Source: Moniliella sp. 'wahieum'
Taxonomy: Eukaryota
Direction of reading: 5' to 3'
Assembly: GCA_003971905.1 (NCBI GenBank)
Contig: RSEE01000104.1
Coordinates: forward strand, 186,001 to 214,484
DNA: 28,484 nt
The stretch's first letter is position 1. Every line of letters begins with the position of its first letter. The translations under genes were made by a program, and so were the position numbers. Shown in pieces: positions 1 to 11,449 of the stretch. The notes beneath the pieces were generated by a model. That model ran no database searches. It worked only from the letters and a program-made list of their open reading frames with translations, and was not told where the DNA came from.

Positions 1-1642
1 CCAATGTACTTGAGCTCGAGCCAGCGGAGCACCGGGAACGTAATCCCAGTAAAGCCCGAGCAGTTCAAGCCAATGTCCCCGCCAAACGTCTTGGCAATCG
101 GTGCCGTCCACCACGTTGCGACATGCCAGCACAACTCCACCACGCCGGCGATAAACGCACCCACAGCGGCAAGACGATGGGCAGCTTCTTGCGGTTGTTC
201 CAAGTGTGCTCAACGTGGTAGTTCTTAAAGTCGCCTTTGCGGAAGATAAAGTGCTCTTCGAGCACCACCGTGAAAAGATGGCAAGCCAGTATAGCCCAGG
301 ATGCCCAAAGTCTTGCAAACTGTCGCAAACGAGTTGAAGCCCACAATGCCAATCGGAATGTAGATCGCGGTCACAATGACTGGCCAGATGAGAACGGGCA
401 AGGCAGCGAGGTAGTGCGAGATGACGGATACCGAAAGACCCATCGAGTACACGTTGAACACATTGTTGCCACCACCGAAACGCACCAGAATGACCATAAA
501 GACTTGCCGCCGCCTCCCATGGGGGGGACCAGCACCGCGCGCAGCAGACCACCCAGCTCGTGGTCCTGGTACCCATTGTACCACCGCACCAATACAGGGT
601 TGGATCCAGGGATGATGTTGCCATCAGCATCGGCCACGCTGGTTGCGCCACTGGCAATGGCCGCCCGAGGAACATGAGCAAAAGACAAGGGATGACAATG
701 CCGGCATAGGGTACATGAAGATTCGTCTCCTTGGCGCATTCTCCGGCAGTACACATGTAATCCGAAGCAGAGAGACCCAGCCAATCACAAAGCCCATACG
801 GTTCCCGCCAAAGCTCAGCACACTCGCCGCTTCGGCCTGGCCCACGTTCATCGGAAGCGACACAAAGTGCTTGCCCGCAACGCCGCGGACCACAAACGCA
901 ACAAACGTGGGAACCCAAGCGATCATCTCGTAGTAGTGCACAACCCGGTACCCAAACAGACCCACGCATAGCGTGATCATCCCAATGATACCAGCCCGGT
1001 GCGCCGTGGAGGTGGAAGTTGTCGACGCCATCCAGCACTTGGGCACCACTGATGTGTTGGAAATGGACCAGCCGACGCAGGCCATGCAGTTGAGCAGCGC
1101 GACCCACTTGGCACCGTAGTAGCCCACGCATACCGAGATGCAGTCATCTGCCGCAGTCCGAGTTGCGGACCAAACGTGGCGCAAAACGCAGGGAAGCAAC
1201 CGGCAAAGAGCACGAAAAGCCAATCGTTAACAACGAGTCACCCAAGTGCAACCCAAACACAAACGGGCCCAGTACGCCAATGGAAAAGGAGGGCACACAG
1301 CAGTTGGCCGCCAGCCCAGACCATCATGTTGCCCCACAGCCGAGGGTCCGACCGTTCCGATGTCTTGACCGCTCAATCGCACGCGCTTCAATCCCCATCC
1401 GACGCTCAAGGCGGTGGTTGTATTCGGCCATACGGCCAAGGAACCGGCCAAACTTGTTGTTGGGCAACACGATCGGCTTGTCCACATTGTCGGGTCCTCA
1501 GGATCTTCGTCGTCAACGAAGCCAGTTCAATCCCATCCTGCAGCGTCTTCTCGTCGTGACGGTACTTTCAGACGAGCCGCCACTGGAGGGCGGCAAGGAC
1601 TGCTTCTCAATGTCGTCGTGCGCCTCCAACGACTGAACGCAT
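1..1642 (-). CDS. FCY2: NCS1-family purine-cytosine (or pyridoxine) permease, FCY2/TPN1-like; 3' end runs off the window; frameshifted in this sequence
   Basis: Consecutive minus-strand fragments rebuild the family profile in order: GIEARAIER, NMMVW..ANCCVPSFSIGVLGP, FPAFCATFGPQLGLRQMT.SRY, GYYGAKWVALLNCMACVGWS, GLFGYRVVHYYE, AASVLSFGG, ELGGLLRAVLVP, NNVFNVYSMGLS, VLEEHFIFRKG..WNNRKKLP, GMSQ, LRWLELKYIG at the window edge. Probable ATG at 1640-1642. The symbol marks family membership, not proven orthology. Confidence 0.9.
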
Positions 1643-2204
1643 GATGGTGAGCGTGCAGGGGACGGAGGTGGGTGGGTGTGTGCGGGGAGAGGGGGGAGGG
1701 AGTGCACGAGCGCACGGCCTATATGGTGGGAGGAAGGTCGAGGGCCAGCAAGGCAGGAACGGAATGCCAAAAAATGCTGCTACAGAAACTGCAGCAGAGG
1801 TGCAAAAGTTTTGAAAGAGAAGACCATTGCAGAGAAGCGATACGGGTGCAACGAGAGTCACACCTCCCTCTGCTGGCCCAAACAGCACCAGTGCCCGTTG
1901 GACGTTGGAGCAAAGACAAGCCACCGCTGGGCGCTTTGGCAATGCTGGCGCCCGAGTCTTCTTGGCTGAGTAGGGGGCCTCACGCCCTCAGGTCCTGCGC
2001 CGCAAACCAGCGGCAGCGAACCCTGGGGCCTGGCGTGGCAAACCTGCCGCCGGCAGCGGGGGGCGGGCAAAAAGGAACGGACGTGTCCGACCAACGTCGG
2101 TTCGGCGGGTGCAAATATCAGAAACGACCGGTGCGTGCCACGCCCACCAGGCCCCAGCACTTCCCCAGTGCCCGCCCCGGCTCACCCACAACTCAATATT
2201 CCGT

Positions 2205-2375
2205 CTGAGTACTCAGTCTCAGGTCACTAGAGGTCACGAGTCCTAGTCACTCCCCGAAGCTTTGAAACTTCTGGTGCTTGGCTCAAGCGCCCAGGTGCCC
2301 AAGGTTCAGATTCAGAGTTCAGATCTCAGACGTCAGACGTTCGGGCTCAGCGCACAGGTGAGCTCAGCCTGATCT
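2205..2375. repeat. Palindrome / 7-bp-period island
   Basis: CTGAGTACTCAG (perfect 12-bp palindrome, 2205-2216), TTCAGAG-TTCAGAT-CTCAGAC-GTCAGAC (~2311-2338), and TGAGCTCA. Confidence 0.7.
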
Positions 2376-2735
2376 CTTCCTCAGGCTGGCCAGGGACGCA
2401 CCAGGCCGCAGGGCGCCAAGCGGGCCGGCAAATCAAGGAGAACCAGGCCCAAACCATGTGGGCGTAGCGTCCCTGCCGCGCCTCACTGCCGCGTGCCACG
2501 TTGACGGGACCGCTTTGGTGCCACAGCACCACGCCAGTGTCGACCCCGAGGTCGGGGTGTGGCTTCGCCCACCTTGGGTGGCTCGCAGCACGGGGGCACA
2601 CTACCCGTCCCGATAAGGCACTGTGCCGGTATGGAGAATAGGATTCTTTTAGCCGCGTATGCTGAGCGCTGACATGCTGACATGAGATCCGGGGGGGTGG
2701 CAGGCGGCAGACCTTAGGGCGTCAGGCCGCGATCA

Positions 2736-2826
2736 GGAGGCGGCAGGAGCGGCAGGGGAGGCAGGCGAAGCAGGGGAGGCAGGGGAGGCAGGGGCGAGGG
2801 GAGGCAGGGAGGCAGGGGCGAGGGGC
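2736..2826. repeat. G-rich low-complexity tandem repeat (GGCAGGGGA-like)
   Basis: Imperfect GGCAGGGGA/GGCGAGGGG units read directly. Confidence 0.85.
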
Positions 2827-2994
2827 GGCGGATGGTACCTGTGCGATAGCCGTTGCTTGCCGTGGGACATAGGACCCTGCGCGAGCAAGTGGCTGTCCCG
2901 TCCTCTGCCTGAGCACTGTCGCTGTGCCCGTTGTCTGCCGTCACTGGGTCACCTGAGTCACAACGCACCAGTTTCCCTGCACTGGCCCCTGCAT

Positions 2995-3175
2995 CACGCG
3001 TTACCTGACCAGTGAATCTCTTGAAGCTCTTGAAGCTTGACGCGTGACGTGTGGCGATAATCGATAAGTCGATAAGGAAGCTTGAAGCTTGAAGTGAAAA
3101 CGGAATATAGCCATTGGTCACTAGCACTGTCACTTCGTCACTTGCCAGTTACTAATCATTAATCACTCGCTGAGT
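2995..3175. repeat. Palindrome / 7-bp-period island
   Basis: GAAGCTTGAAGCTTGAAG (3077-3094), GATAATCGATAAGTCGATAAG, ACGCGTGACGT, and GTCAC repeats. Confidence 0.7.
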
Positions 3176-3964
3176 AGCAGTCGGGGTGGTTGCCATGCGT
3201 CCACATGCCCCTGCCAGGGTACCCCTCCTGGGTACCCGCAATGCACCCTATATCCATCTGCATCACAGCATATGCGCACGGCTGCCGTGCAGGTCAAAGG
3301 AAGTATTTCATTGCTCCAACGGCAATGCTTCGTCTGTTTGTGCCCTCTTCTATGCTAGTTTTCTTCTTCTTTGCCTTTACTTCTTCGCGAGACGGGCCGC
3401 AAAAAATCAGGATCTCTCCCCTTCTCCACACGTGTCTACTGCAGCACGTGTCGGCTCATCAAGTTCATTGCCGTGTCAGCAACGTTTAACACGGTTAGTT
3501 TAACGTCGTAGACGTGCTCAGTCGATCAGAGAAAAAGCTCGTTAATCATATGCTAACGCGCTAACGGGACATCCACGTCCCAAACAACTCTGATGTCCGG
3601 TAAGCCGGTAAGAAACCTACACACTTTATTGTTATCAGGCACAATCGATAATACAGGAAGCTTGAGGATATTGGGCTCCTCCATAGAAGGCACGAAGAGG
3701 GACATGCCGGACACTGGCCGATGTGTGTATCATCGACATCATCCTCGATCGAGCACGAACCACATACGCATCCCATCTCTTTTACCACAAGGTTCCTACA
3801 CGTTCCTGTCCCTCCTTTTCAAGGCAATTTCCCCCGTTGTTTCCTTCTCCGGATTAACTTTCCCATGTTCCTCTCTCTCTCCTCGTTGAGACACGTTGCT
3901 TTCTGTGTTCCTTGGCCCCAGCGCGGCACACATGACGGTATAGCCGCACGGCTGTACGCACCCA

Positions 3965-4490
3965 CGTCAGGCCTCAGGCCCCTAGGCCTCAGGCCTGCTC
4001 GGGTCTGCTCACATATAAGCTTACCTCTTGGAAGCTTGAGGCTTGAAGCTTGAGCCTTGAGCTTGAGCCCGAGTGACTAGTGACTAGTGCAGTTCATTGG
4101 CATCTCGGCCTATTGCTTGTTCGGCAAATCGGCAATCGGGGATGTGTTTTGGTCACCGGTCAGGGTTCTCAGGCCGGCCCGAGACGAAGAGTTAGGTCTT
4201 CAGGTACTTCATGCACTTCATGAAAGCCTTATGTACCTCGTATTGCCTCGGTCTCAGCACTCTTCAGGCAACATGGGCCTGACCTCAGGGCCTCAGGCTG
4301 AGGCCTCATGCACTGGTGGCGGAAAAACTGTTCGCAAGTTTTAAGTGCGTAAAAGGAAAAAAAATACGTACTCTGCAGCGCGCCTGCCTGTGTCTGGCTT
4401 GGTTCGATGCGTAACGCGCTTAACGTTACCGGATACCGTTTGCCGTTCATTGATACGGGTTATACACATTACACGTTACGCGTTACGAGG
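3965..4490. repeat. Palindrome / 7-bp-period island
   Basis: AGGCCTCAGGCC, GAAGCTTGAGGCTTGAAGCTTGAG (from 4031), GTGACTAGTGACTAGTG (4073-4089), and GTAACGCGCTTAACGTTACCGG / TTACACGTTACGCGTTACG (~4411-4487). Confidence 0.7.
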
Positions 4491-4949
4491 CATCATCACG
4501 TACATCGTGCGTCGTACTCCATCCTCCTCTCCACCTCGCTTCGGCAGGTTATCATCGACCCACGTATGGGAGGGTACCTCTGGCCGCTGGTAGCCGTCGC
4601 CCTCCGCCCGCGGCGCCGCCCCACGGGCCGCGCCTCTCTGTCCGAGGAGCGCGGCTGCCCCCGCGCTCTTTAGAACATGGCACACCGTATTCCTACCACG
4701 AAAGTCGGCCAGCTGCTTGGCCAAAAAGGGGGTCGACAGACTGTGGCCTACCCGTGGTTTGGTCCTGGCGCCGGCTGCAAAGACACCCGCACGAGACCAA
4801 ATCCGTCCTTAGGCCTTAGGCGGGTACGCGTAGCCAATGTCTTTCTGACATCGCGCTGGGCGTCGTCGCCTTCCGCGCCAGCGTAACCGCCACCGCCCGC
4901 CACCGCCTTGGGTCCGCAACGAATACCTCGGAGCAGCCTATCCAACCGG

Positions 4950-6480
4950 GCCGCTGCCCCGCTATCATCCTATACTGTCCACCCAAGGTAACCTTCGTTT
5001 GAGGAGGGGCAGCCTGTCTTCTTTGAAGAGGATGTTCTGTCTCGATATCATCTTATACTCCTAGTACATGTCTCTTCGACACGCCGGGACTGTTCGCCAA
5101 AGCGTTAGTCGTTGTTGCGACGGTGACTGGCTTTACCGATCACGGTGCACATCCGGCCTCACCAGCTCCGAGGCTCCGCAGGCTCTGAAGAGTGCTGATG
5201 CGCACGTACCAGCGTACGCCAACTACTAGTAGCCTTCTCCTGTAGCCGTCCTTCTGTAGCCCTCCTCCTCCTTGCTACCACCCATGCCCATCTCTCAAAC
5301 GAAATCGGTCGCCTACGCTACTGCAATGTCCTAAACGCTTCAGTATCCATTGCGGGCTCCATCCCCAGGTGAACCAGGATGTCGCTATACCGTGCCTATA
5401 TGTTTCTTCGCCTTACTCGCGCCATCCTACGGGCGTTAGTCAACTCGCCTCGTCTCCATCCGGACACTCCCTCTGTTCGACGAAACCTTCGATGAGAATA
5501 CTCCGCCCACATCTCCTAGTCTGCGATTGTGTTTTCCTCTGAATCATGCTCGAGATAGTCTCCACAAATTAGAGGTTCGAGCACGGGTGATGCAGTAAGC
5601 CTGGACGAAAACGATGGTGAACCCGTCGTGAGTTGGATGGCGTGCACAACAGAAGAGCCACATACATGCAAGAGCCTGACTCGCTTCGGGCATTTTGGAG
5701 ACGACCACATTAGTATACTAGCAGGAGAAGGGGTGGTCTTGAGAGTCAGAGGCATTCTAGTCGTACTTTTCTGTGTGTATATAGGATGCGACAACGGCTG
5801 ACCCAACCGCCTTGCTGGTGCACCACCGGATAATATAGGCCCTGCTTTTGCTCCTTTTTGTCTTGCCCTGTACGAACACGTATGGGGTGAAGAAGCCGCA
5901 GTCCGGTAAAGGGAAGGAATGCTCCCACTTGAAAGAGCACACATTGCATTGCAAAGAAAGGTTGACATGTACCTGATGTGGCCGAGCGGTGCACGGGGAA
6001 GGGAGGAGGCACAAGTCGACGGCAGCAGAGGATGAGGCGACCACATCGATGACCGAATAAGAAGTGGAAAGGGTGAGGAGAGAACGGGGCCGAGGTTTGA
6101 GTACCTCGGAGAAGACATCATGCTAGCTGAGTCACATAGAGAAACAACGGGGAGCCTAGACAAAAGGGGGAATCATGATCTAGAACAAATCCACAGGGCC
6201 TCGCATACCCCCTGAGTAGGTGTGACCGAGTGGGTCTGATCCCGACAGCGAAGGACATGGGGGTATAGGGCCCGTGCGTCTACATACATACAAAAAGCAA
6301 TATTAGTTGTCAAGAGAGTAGATGCGTAGCATGGACCACAGAAACGGTTCGTCCCCACACCAGGCGTTCTCTCTCCCACGGCTTTTACCTACGCTCCATC
6401 GTGTCGCCAGCAGCTCAGGGCTATCTGCGTCTCCCAACACTAGCGTTGGTATCGATTGAAAGCTGGGGAGATGTTTTGCT
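4950..6480 (-). mobile_element. Degenerate intron-containing transposase relic, HMGXB3-like (KDZ superfamily), with stops and frameshifts
   Basis: Across frameshifts the minus strand gives, in the expected order: YSLDN*YCF / VCEA(C)G..LPVVSLCDSAS (like FxCxxCGxxPxxxIxD), GGWVS..HPIYTQK..ASDSQDH (~5810-5730, like GGW..C.HG..Y..K...AES.RD), TNVVVSKM, EPLICGDYLEHDSEENTI, and DVH(P)VIG. Candidate GTATGT..CAG introns at 6291-6212 and 5665-5601. Several in-frame TAG stops. Boundaries are approximate. Confidence 0.45.
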
Positions 6481-8416
6481 AGTGATGAACCACATTTTCC
6501 AATGATGCTCTTGTGGGGGGCTCATATTCTTTCCCCCCCCCAAAGTTACGCACAGTGTGTGGATGGGGAGGCAGGACGCATGTGCTGATCAGGGCAGTGT
6601 GCCCAGGAGTGGGTACTGTTTGCTTTCCTTCTGTTCCTGGTATCCCTCTACGGCAGCCAAGCTGTGAGGGCCGTGCGCGCGTCAGTCGGGTGCGATGGTC
6701 AGCAACCTTAATGCACTTATGGTCTTGCGAATATCTTGGCCTTTGCGCGAAGTTGAGAGGAATACAACCAGAGGAGAGGGTGACACGCAGCATCACATGC
6801 GTGACATGCGCCCGGAACTGACTGCTTTGTTCCGCTCATGCCCTGATAGAGTGGTGTGCCAGGGGGTTATTTGCTTTGCCCTTGCTCGCCTGCTACAGCA
6901 CCACAGTGCCACGCAGTGCTTTGCGCCTTCGTTTGCGCCCCTTCCTCCGCCACGGGCGACCATTCAGGCTGCCCCAGTGCTGCCTCTGATCGGCGCCCTA
7001 TCGATTCCCGATCGATGTCTCATTGATCCTCTATCAATCATTCGGCCCAGGATCTGCGCCAGCACTCAGCCACCAAGTTTCTCCTTCTTCATCCATCTGT
7101 TTTCACCTTCTGTCTGCGTCTGTGTCCGCATCGCCGCTGGGTTGGTGCTCTGCCACAGCCAATAAACAACCCCAAGCCAAACGTTGAATATTTGAGAGGA
7201 AAAAAACGACAGTTAGGTGTCACAGGCATCACACTATACGGCCCCCGTCCCACGTCTCAACACGTCCATGTCACCTGCCCTTTTGTCGTCCCATGTCACG
7301 CGTCACGTGTCCATGGCCCAAGCGATGGCAGTTTCTAGTTTAGCCACGTTGGGTACGTTGAGCGCGTACGTTGAGCAGGGTTTAGCCTGTTTTCGTTCTG
7401 TGCTACGCAGGTGCTCTCCCTATGTTCGGGTGGGCTACGTCCTACGGTGGCGCCTGGCATCGACATTGCCCGTTGGCTGGCAGGGCGCCAGTGTGCCACT
7501 TGGTGCACCCGGGCGTGTCCTTGGATGTCCGACGCTGCATGTGGCAACGGACCCGGCCCAGGTCACACGATCGCAGTGTGAGATCCGACTGGGCGCTTCC
7601 TCTCGTGGGCTGCCTGGTGCCGGTACCGCACACGCAGCTGTCCCCTCTCCTCCGTACTGGCCCTGTGCTGCGGGGTTTCCAACCCGGCAGGGGGCAGCGA
7701 TGGACGACAGCGCGTCCGTTCCGGGCGGGGGAAGGCAGGCGGCACGAGGCGTGTGGTGGGCGTGATGCGACGTGCATGGTGCGTGTGGGATGGGGCCGAA
7801 AGCGCTATTGTGCGGCGGGATGTGCATGCCGGCCAGCAATCACTGGCCGGGTGCGCGGCGCGGGACACTGCTGGCCGGCGCGGGCTGTCCGCGTAGCACC
7901 CGGCCAGCGTGCGCTTTCGTACGGCAGCGCCAGTCTATCACTAGTCACTATACTAGTCACTAGTCACTGGAGTGCCTTCGCCACGGGGCGGGTGTTGGGA
8001 CAGCGCTCTTTTATACGTGGGGGTGGATGTGTGGGCACGAGGGCGGTGTGCCCCGCACACTGCCGCCGTGCTGTCGGAATGTCACGGCCAGGCACGGACG
8101 GGGGCGCGACACTGGCCGGGTGCGGGCGTGGGGCTGTCGCTAACGGCTGGGCGCGGGTGCCTACTGCAGTTCGGGCCGGAGCACGCCCGGGCCCAGGCAG
8201 CTGGACGGCGGTGCATGATGGGTGGGGCGGATGGGTGATGGCAGCTGCCTTCGCATGCGCTCGGCGGATAGCATGCAGACGCCAGCGGCATTATGCAGTA
8301 GCCACCCCTTGCGCCCCCCAGCGCCCCGCCTCGCCTGCCCCACCACTGCCGCCACCACTGCCGCCACCACCACCACCACACACCACCACCACCACCCCAC
8401 CCCCCTTCTTCCTTCG

Positions 8417-10305
8417 ATGGCCAAGTACGACGAGCTGTCGCCCGAGGATACGAGCTGCTGCGCTCCGCCCATCCAGCGAGATGGCCGGCTACGACCCCTC
8501 GCCCCCACCGCATCTGCAGATGCGCCACCCCCCCCCCACGCCACACACCCCATGCCGCTCCACATGCCCGCCTTTCTCAGCCGCCACAAGCCCCAGGAGT
8601 CGGAGAGCAACATCTCCTTGCCCTCCTCCGACCCTGCCTCCACCCAGCCCTCCTCCCGCCGCTTCGCCCTTCTCCCCCACCCGTCTCGCCGTGGCGCGCT
8701 GGCCCTTGTCGCCGTCGTCCTCCTTGTCGTCCTCTATGTCGCCAGGCCGCCCACCTCGGCCTCCAACTTGGGCGCCGCCTTCCGTGGCAAGCACAGGATG
8801 GGGCTACAGCATCGACCAGGACTTCCGCGTCCTCGCCCACACCAAGCCCGCTACAACGACCCCTTCAACCCAGACGACCTCACCTTCACCGAGAGGAGTG
8901 CGACGCCTACTTCCCCGACCTGTACAAGGACATTGACCGCAGTTCACCTTCTACTCCCAGCCCAACACAAGTGCGTACTACCCTTTCTTTCTCCGCTGCT
9001 TCCATTCTGCCCTTCCCGTCTCCTCCCCCCGTCCCTCCCTTCCCGTCCCGTCCCTTCCGTCCCGTCCCTTCCCGTCCCCTCCCCTCCGTGCACGGGCACC
9101 ATAACTCACCCTCATCCTCAGACTCACATGGGAGTACCTCGAAAAGTCGTGTTCCGAGCCGAATTGGTCCCACCTGCGTGTGTTAATCCTCAACAATCGT
9201 CTCTACATCAAGTCCTACCGCTCAGCCGGCTTTACTCGCAGCCAATCTACCCTTGGCCCTGCTGCACCAGTCCCTCATCACCGCACGGGAGCCTCTGCCC
9301 AACGTCGAGTTCTGTATCGGGCTGGAAGACTGGCCTGGGCGGGGCAAGTTTAGCCTGGACCGCGCGCCGAACGACGAGGAGGTGTGGTTGATGCCCGACT
9401 ACTCTTCTTTCTTTCCTGGCCGGAACACGTGGGAACGTACAGCGACGTCCGTCGTCGCATTGAGCAGGTGGAAGCGGCCACCCCGTGGGACTCCAAGATT
9501 CCCAAACTGTTCTGGCGCGGAAACATGAACGTCGGCCGGGCGGATCGGGTGCGATGGCCAAGGCGGCCGAGGGTACCCGTGGAACGATATCAAGCCCGTC
9601 ATGGACCTCGGGTGAAAACGCTGTCAAAATTGAGGACCACTGCAAATGGAAGTTCCAGGGCTTTGCCGATGGCAATTCGTACAGGTACGTCTCGCGTTCA
9701 TCTCCCCACCCTCACATACTCTATCGTTGCTCTCCCTGCTGTGGACGGGGACCCATACTGACCCCTTGTCCCGTTCCTTTTCTTCCCCCGCAGTGGCAGG
9801 CTACGCTACTTGCAGAACTGCAAGACGGTCATTATCACCCACTCGCCACGCTGGCTGCAGCACTGGACCCACCTGTACAATTCCGATTGGTCCTCGCCCG
9901 ACCAAAACATTGTCATGGTGCCCTACCCGCGTGATGCGCCAGCTCCCACTGGTCCGCTCCCCACCAGCAACCCCGACGCGCGGCTTTCAATCCTAATGCG
10001 TTCCAATCCGACCAGCCCGACCGGACGTGGGAACGATTGCCCGAGACGATGAACTTGCTGTTGCAAAATGATGCCAAGGCGCGACAGATTGCCGAGACGC
10101 AGTGGAACTTTTTCCGCAACCGCTATGTCTCCCCGGCGTCAGCCACGTGCTATTGGCGCAAAGCGATCAAGGGCTATGCGTCCGTGCAGAACTACACGGT
10201 TGCCTTGAATGGGAACGAAACGTCGTTTGAGAGTTGGAGCTTGATGGGCATGCGCACCTCCAAATGGCGCGACGGCATTCAACGCCGTCGTGCGTCCGGG
10301 TGTAG
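8417..10305 (+). CDS. Glycosyltransferase family 90 (CAP10/KDELC/Rumi-type), type II membrane protein; at least 2 introns; frameshifted in this sequence
   Basis: Starts MAKYDELS; single TM segment ALALVAVVLLVVLYVA. Motifs: CDAYFPDLYKDID, LPNVEFCIGLEDW, WLMPDY, WPEHVGTYSDVR, PWDSKIPKLFWRG, EDHCKWKF..DGNSYSGRLRYLQNCKTVIITH..WLQHW, AKARQIAE..FFRNRYVSPASATCYWR. Introns 8971-9121 (GTGCGT..CAG) and 9685-9793 (GTACGT..CTGAC..CAG); splicing the second restores YSGRLRYL. Stop position is uncertain (~10305, at most 10486). Confidence 0.92.
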
Positions 10306-10710
10306 GAGGCACCGGTCCTCTCCGTATCCCGTGCCCGCATCCGGCACTTGTCGGTTGGCGCTTAATTGGTGGCACGTTTTTTTGCACGTCCAGATCACAC
10401 GTTTCTTGTACAAGGGGGATCTCATACCATTTTCTCTTTTCTCCTTTTTTTCCAGTTGTCGGCTGGCATTGGCCTTCTGTCTCTGATGCGTCTTCGTCAT
10501 CATCGATCATCAGTCTTGGCTTGGCACCTTCTAGCATCACCTCCTTTTTCCTGTTTACGCAGGTCGTACTCTGGGCCCCCCTACCCCCACACTTTCCTCG
10601 TTGCCTCTGATTCTGCCCCCTTCCCCCCCCCCCCCAATTTTCTCTGTTCAACCGGCAACCGGGCTCGATGGTCTCTCCTCCTTCCCTGGCCCTTTATTGC
10701 ACTGATCTGT

Positions 10711-10713
<3 letters not shown>

Positions 10714-10759
<46 letters not shown>
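10714..10759. repeat. (CT)n microsatellite
   Basis: Near-perfect CT run with one interruption. Confidence 0.95.
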
Positions 10760-10806
10760 GCTTTGCTGCATCATGATTGCTACAGATTCTACCACAAAAA
10801 GTATCA

Positions 10807-10834
10807 GGTACCAGGTACCAGGTACCAGGTACCA
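10807..10834. repeat. (GGTACCA)4 heptanucleotide repeat
   Basis: Four perfect copies of a 6-bp palindrome plus 1 nt. Confidence 0.95.
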
Positions 10835-11449
10835 GCGCTTTCTTGTAACTGCCGCGAGAACTGGGCAAGCCGGTAGCGTCGCAGCGCGCACTGACTGTAT
10901 CCCCGCTCTGATGAGCGCGATGAGCGCTGAGCGCCCGGCAGGGACGACTGCTACTGTGCCTCACCAAAATCGCGACCTTTATCCGCTCGTAACGTGCAGC
11001 GTGTAACGTGTAACGTGTCGTGTAATGTGTAACTTGTAACTTGTAAACGGGGCAGAACAACGCCCATCCTGCATCCTTGCCAATGGGCTCGTGTGCAGAC
11101 GTTCCGCCGGCTTCCCTTGGCGGTCCAGAGCAGCCGCGTGCTCCTACGGCATTGGTAGATGATGGGAGGAAGGAGGAAGGCGGATGGGGGTAGAAGAAAG
11201 CCCACGCGGCGACCCAATACAGCCTACGGCCAGCCACAGCACACGACGTGCAGCGTCTCATTTTGGATTGATTGGCTCCGTTGGCAGATCATACACATTC
11301 AACTTTCAAACACGCGCTGACCAAACGACTTGGCCAGGCACTGGTCCAGTGTGTGTCCCTGGTGCGCTGCGCTGAGCGTGGCATGTGTCGGTGAGGTCAC
11401 CGGGCGATGCGTCACGCGTCAGTGTCACGCGTCACACGTCACGGTAGAT

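Noticed and set aside
6840..7230. Solo LTR
   Set aside because: An AATAAA and a pyrimidine tract are present, but there is no second copy, clear TG..CA ends or target-site duplication.
7422..8936. 504-aa plus-strand ORF as a gene
   Set aside because: It is a GC-rich shadow frame over the GT90 upstream region and first exon. Only a short piece near its end (GYSIDQDFRVLAH) belongs to the frameshifted GT90.
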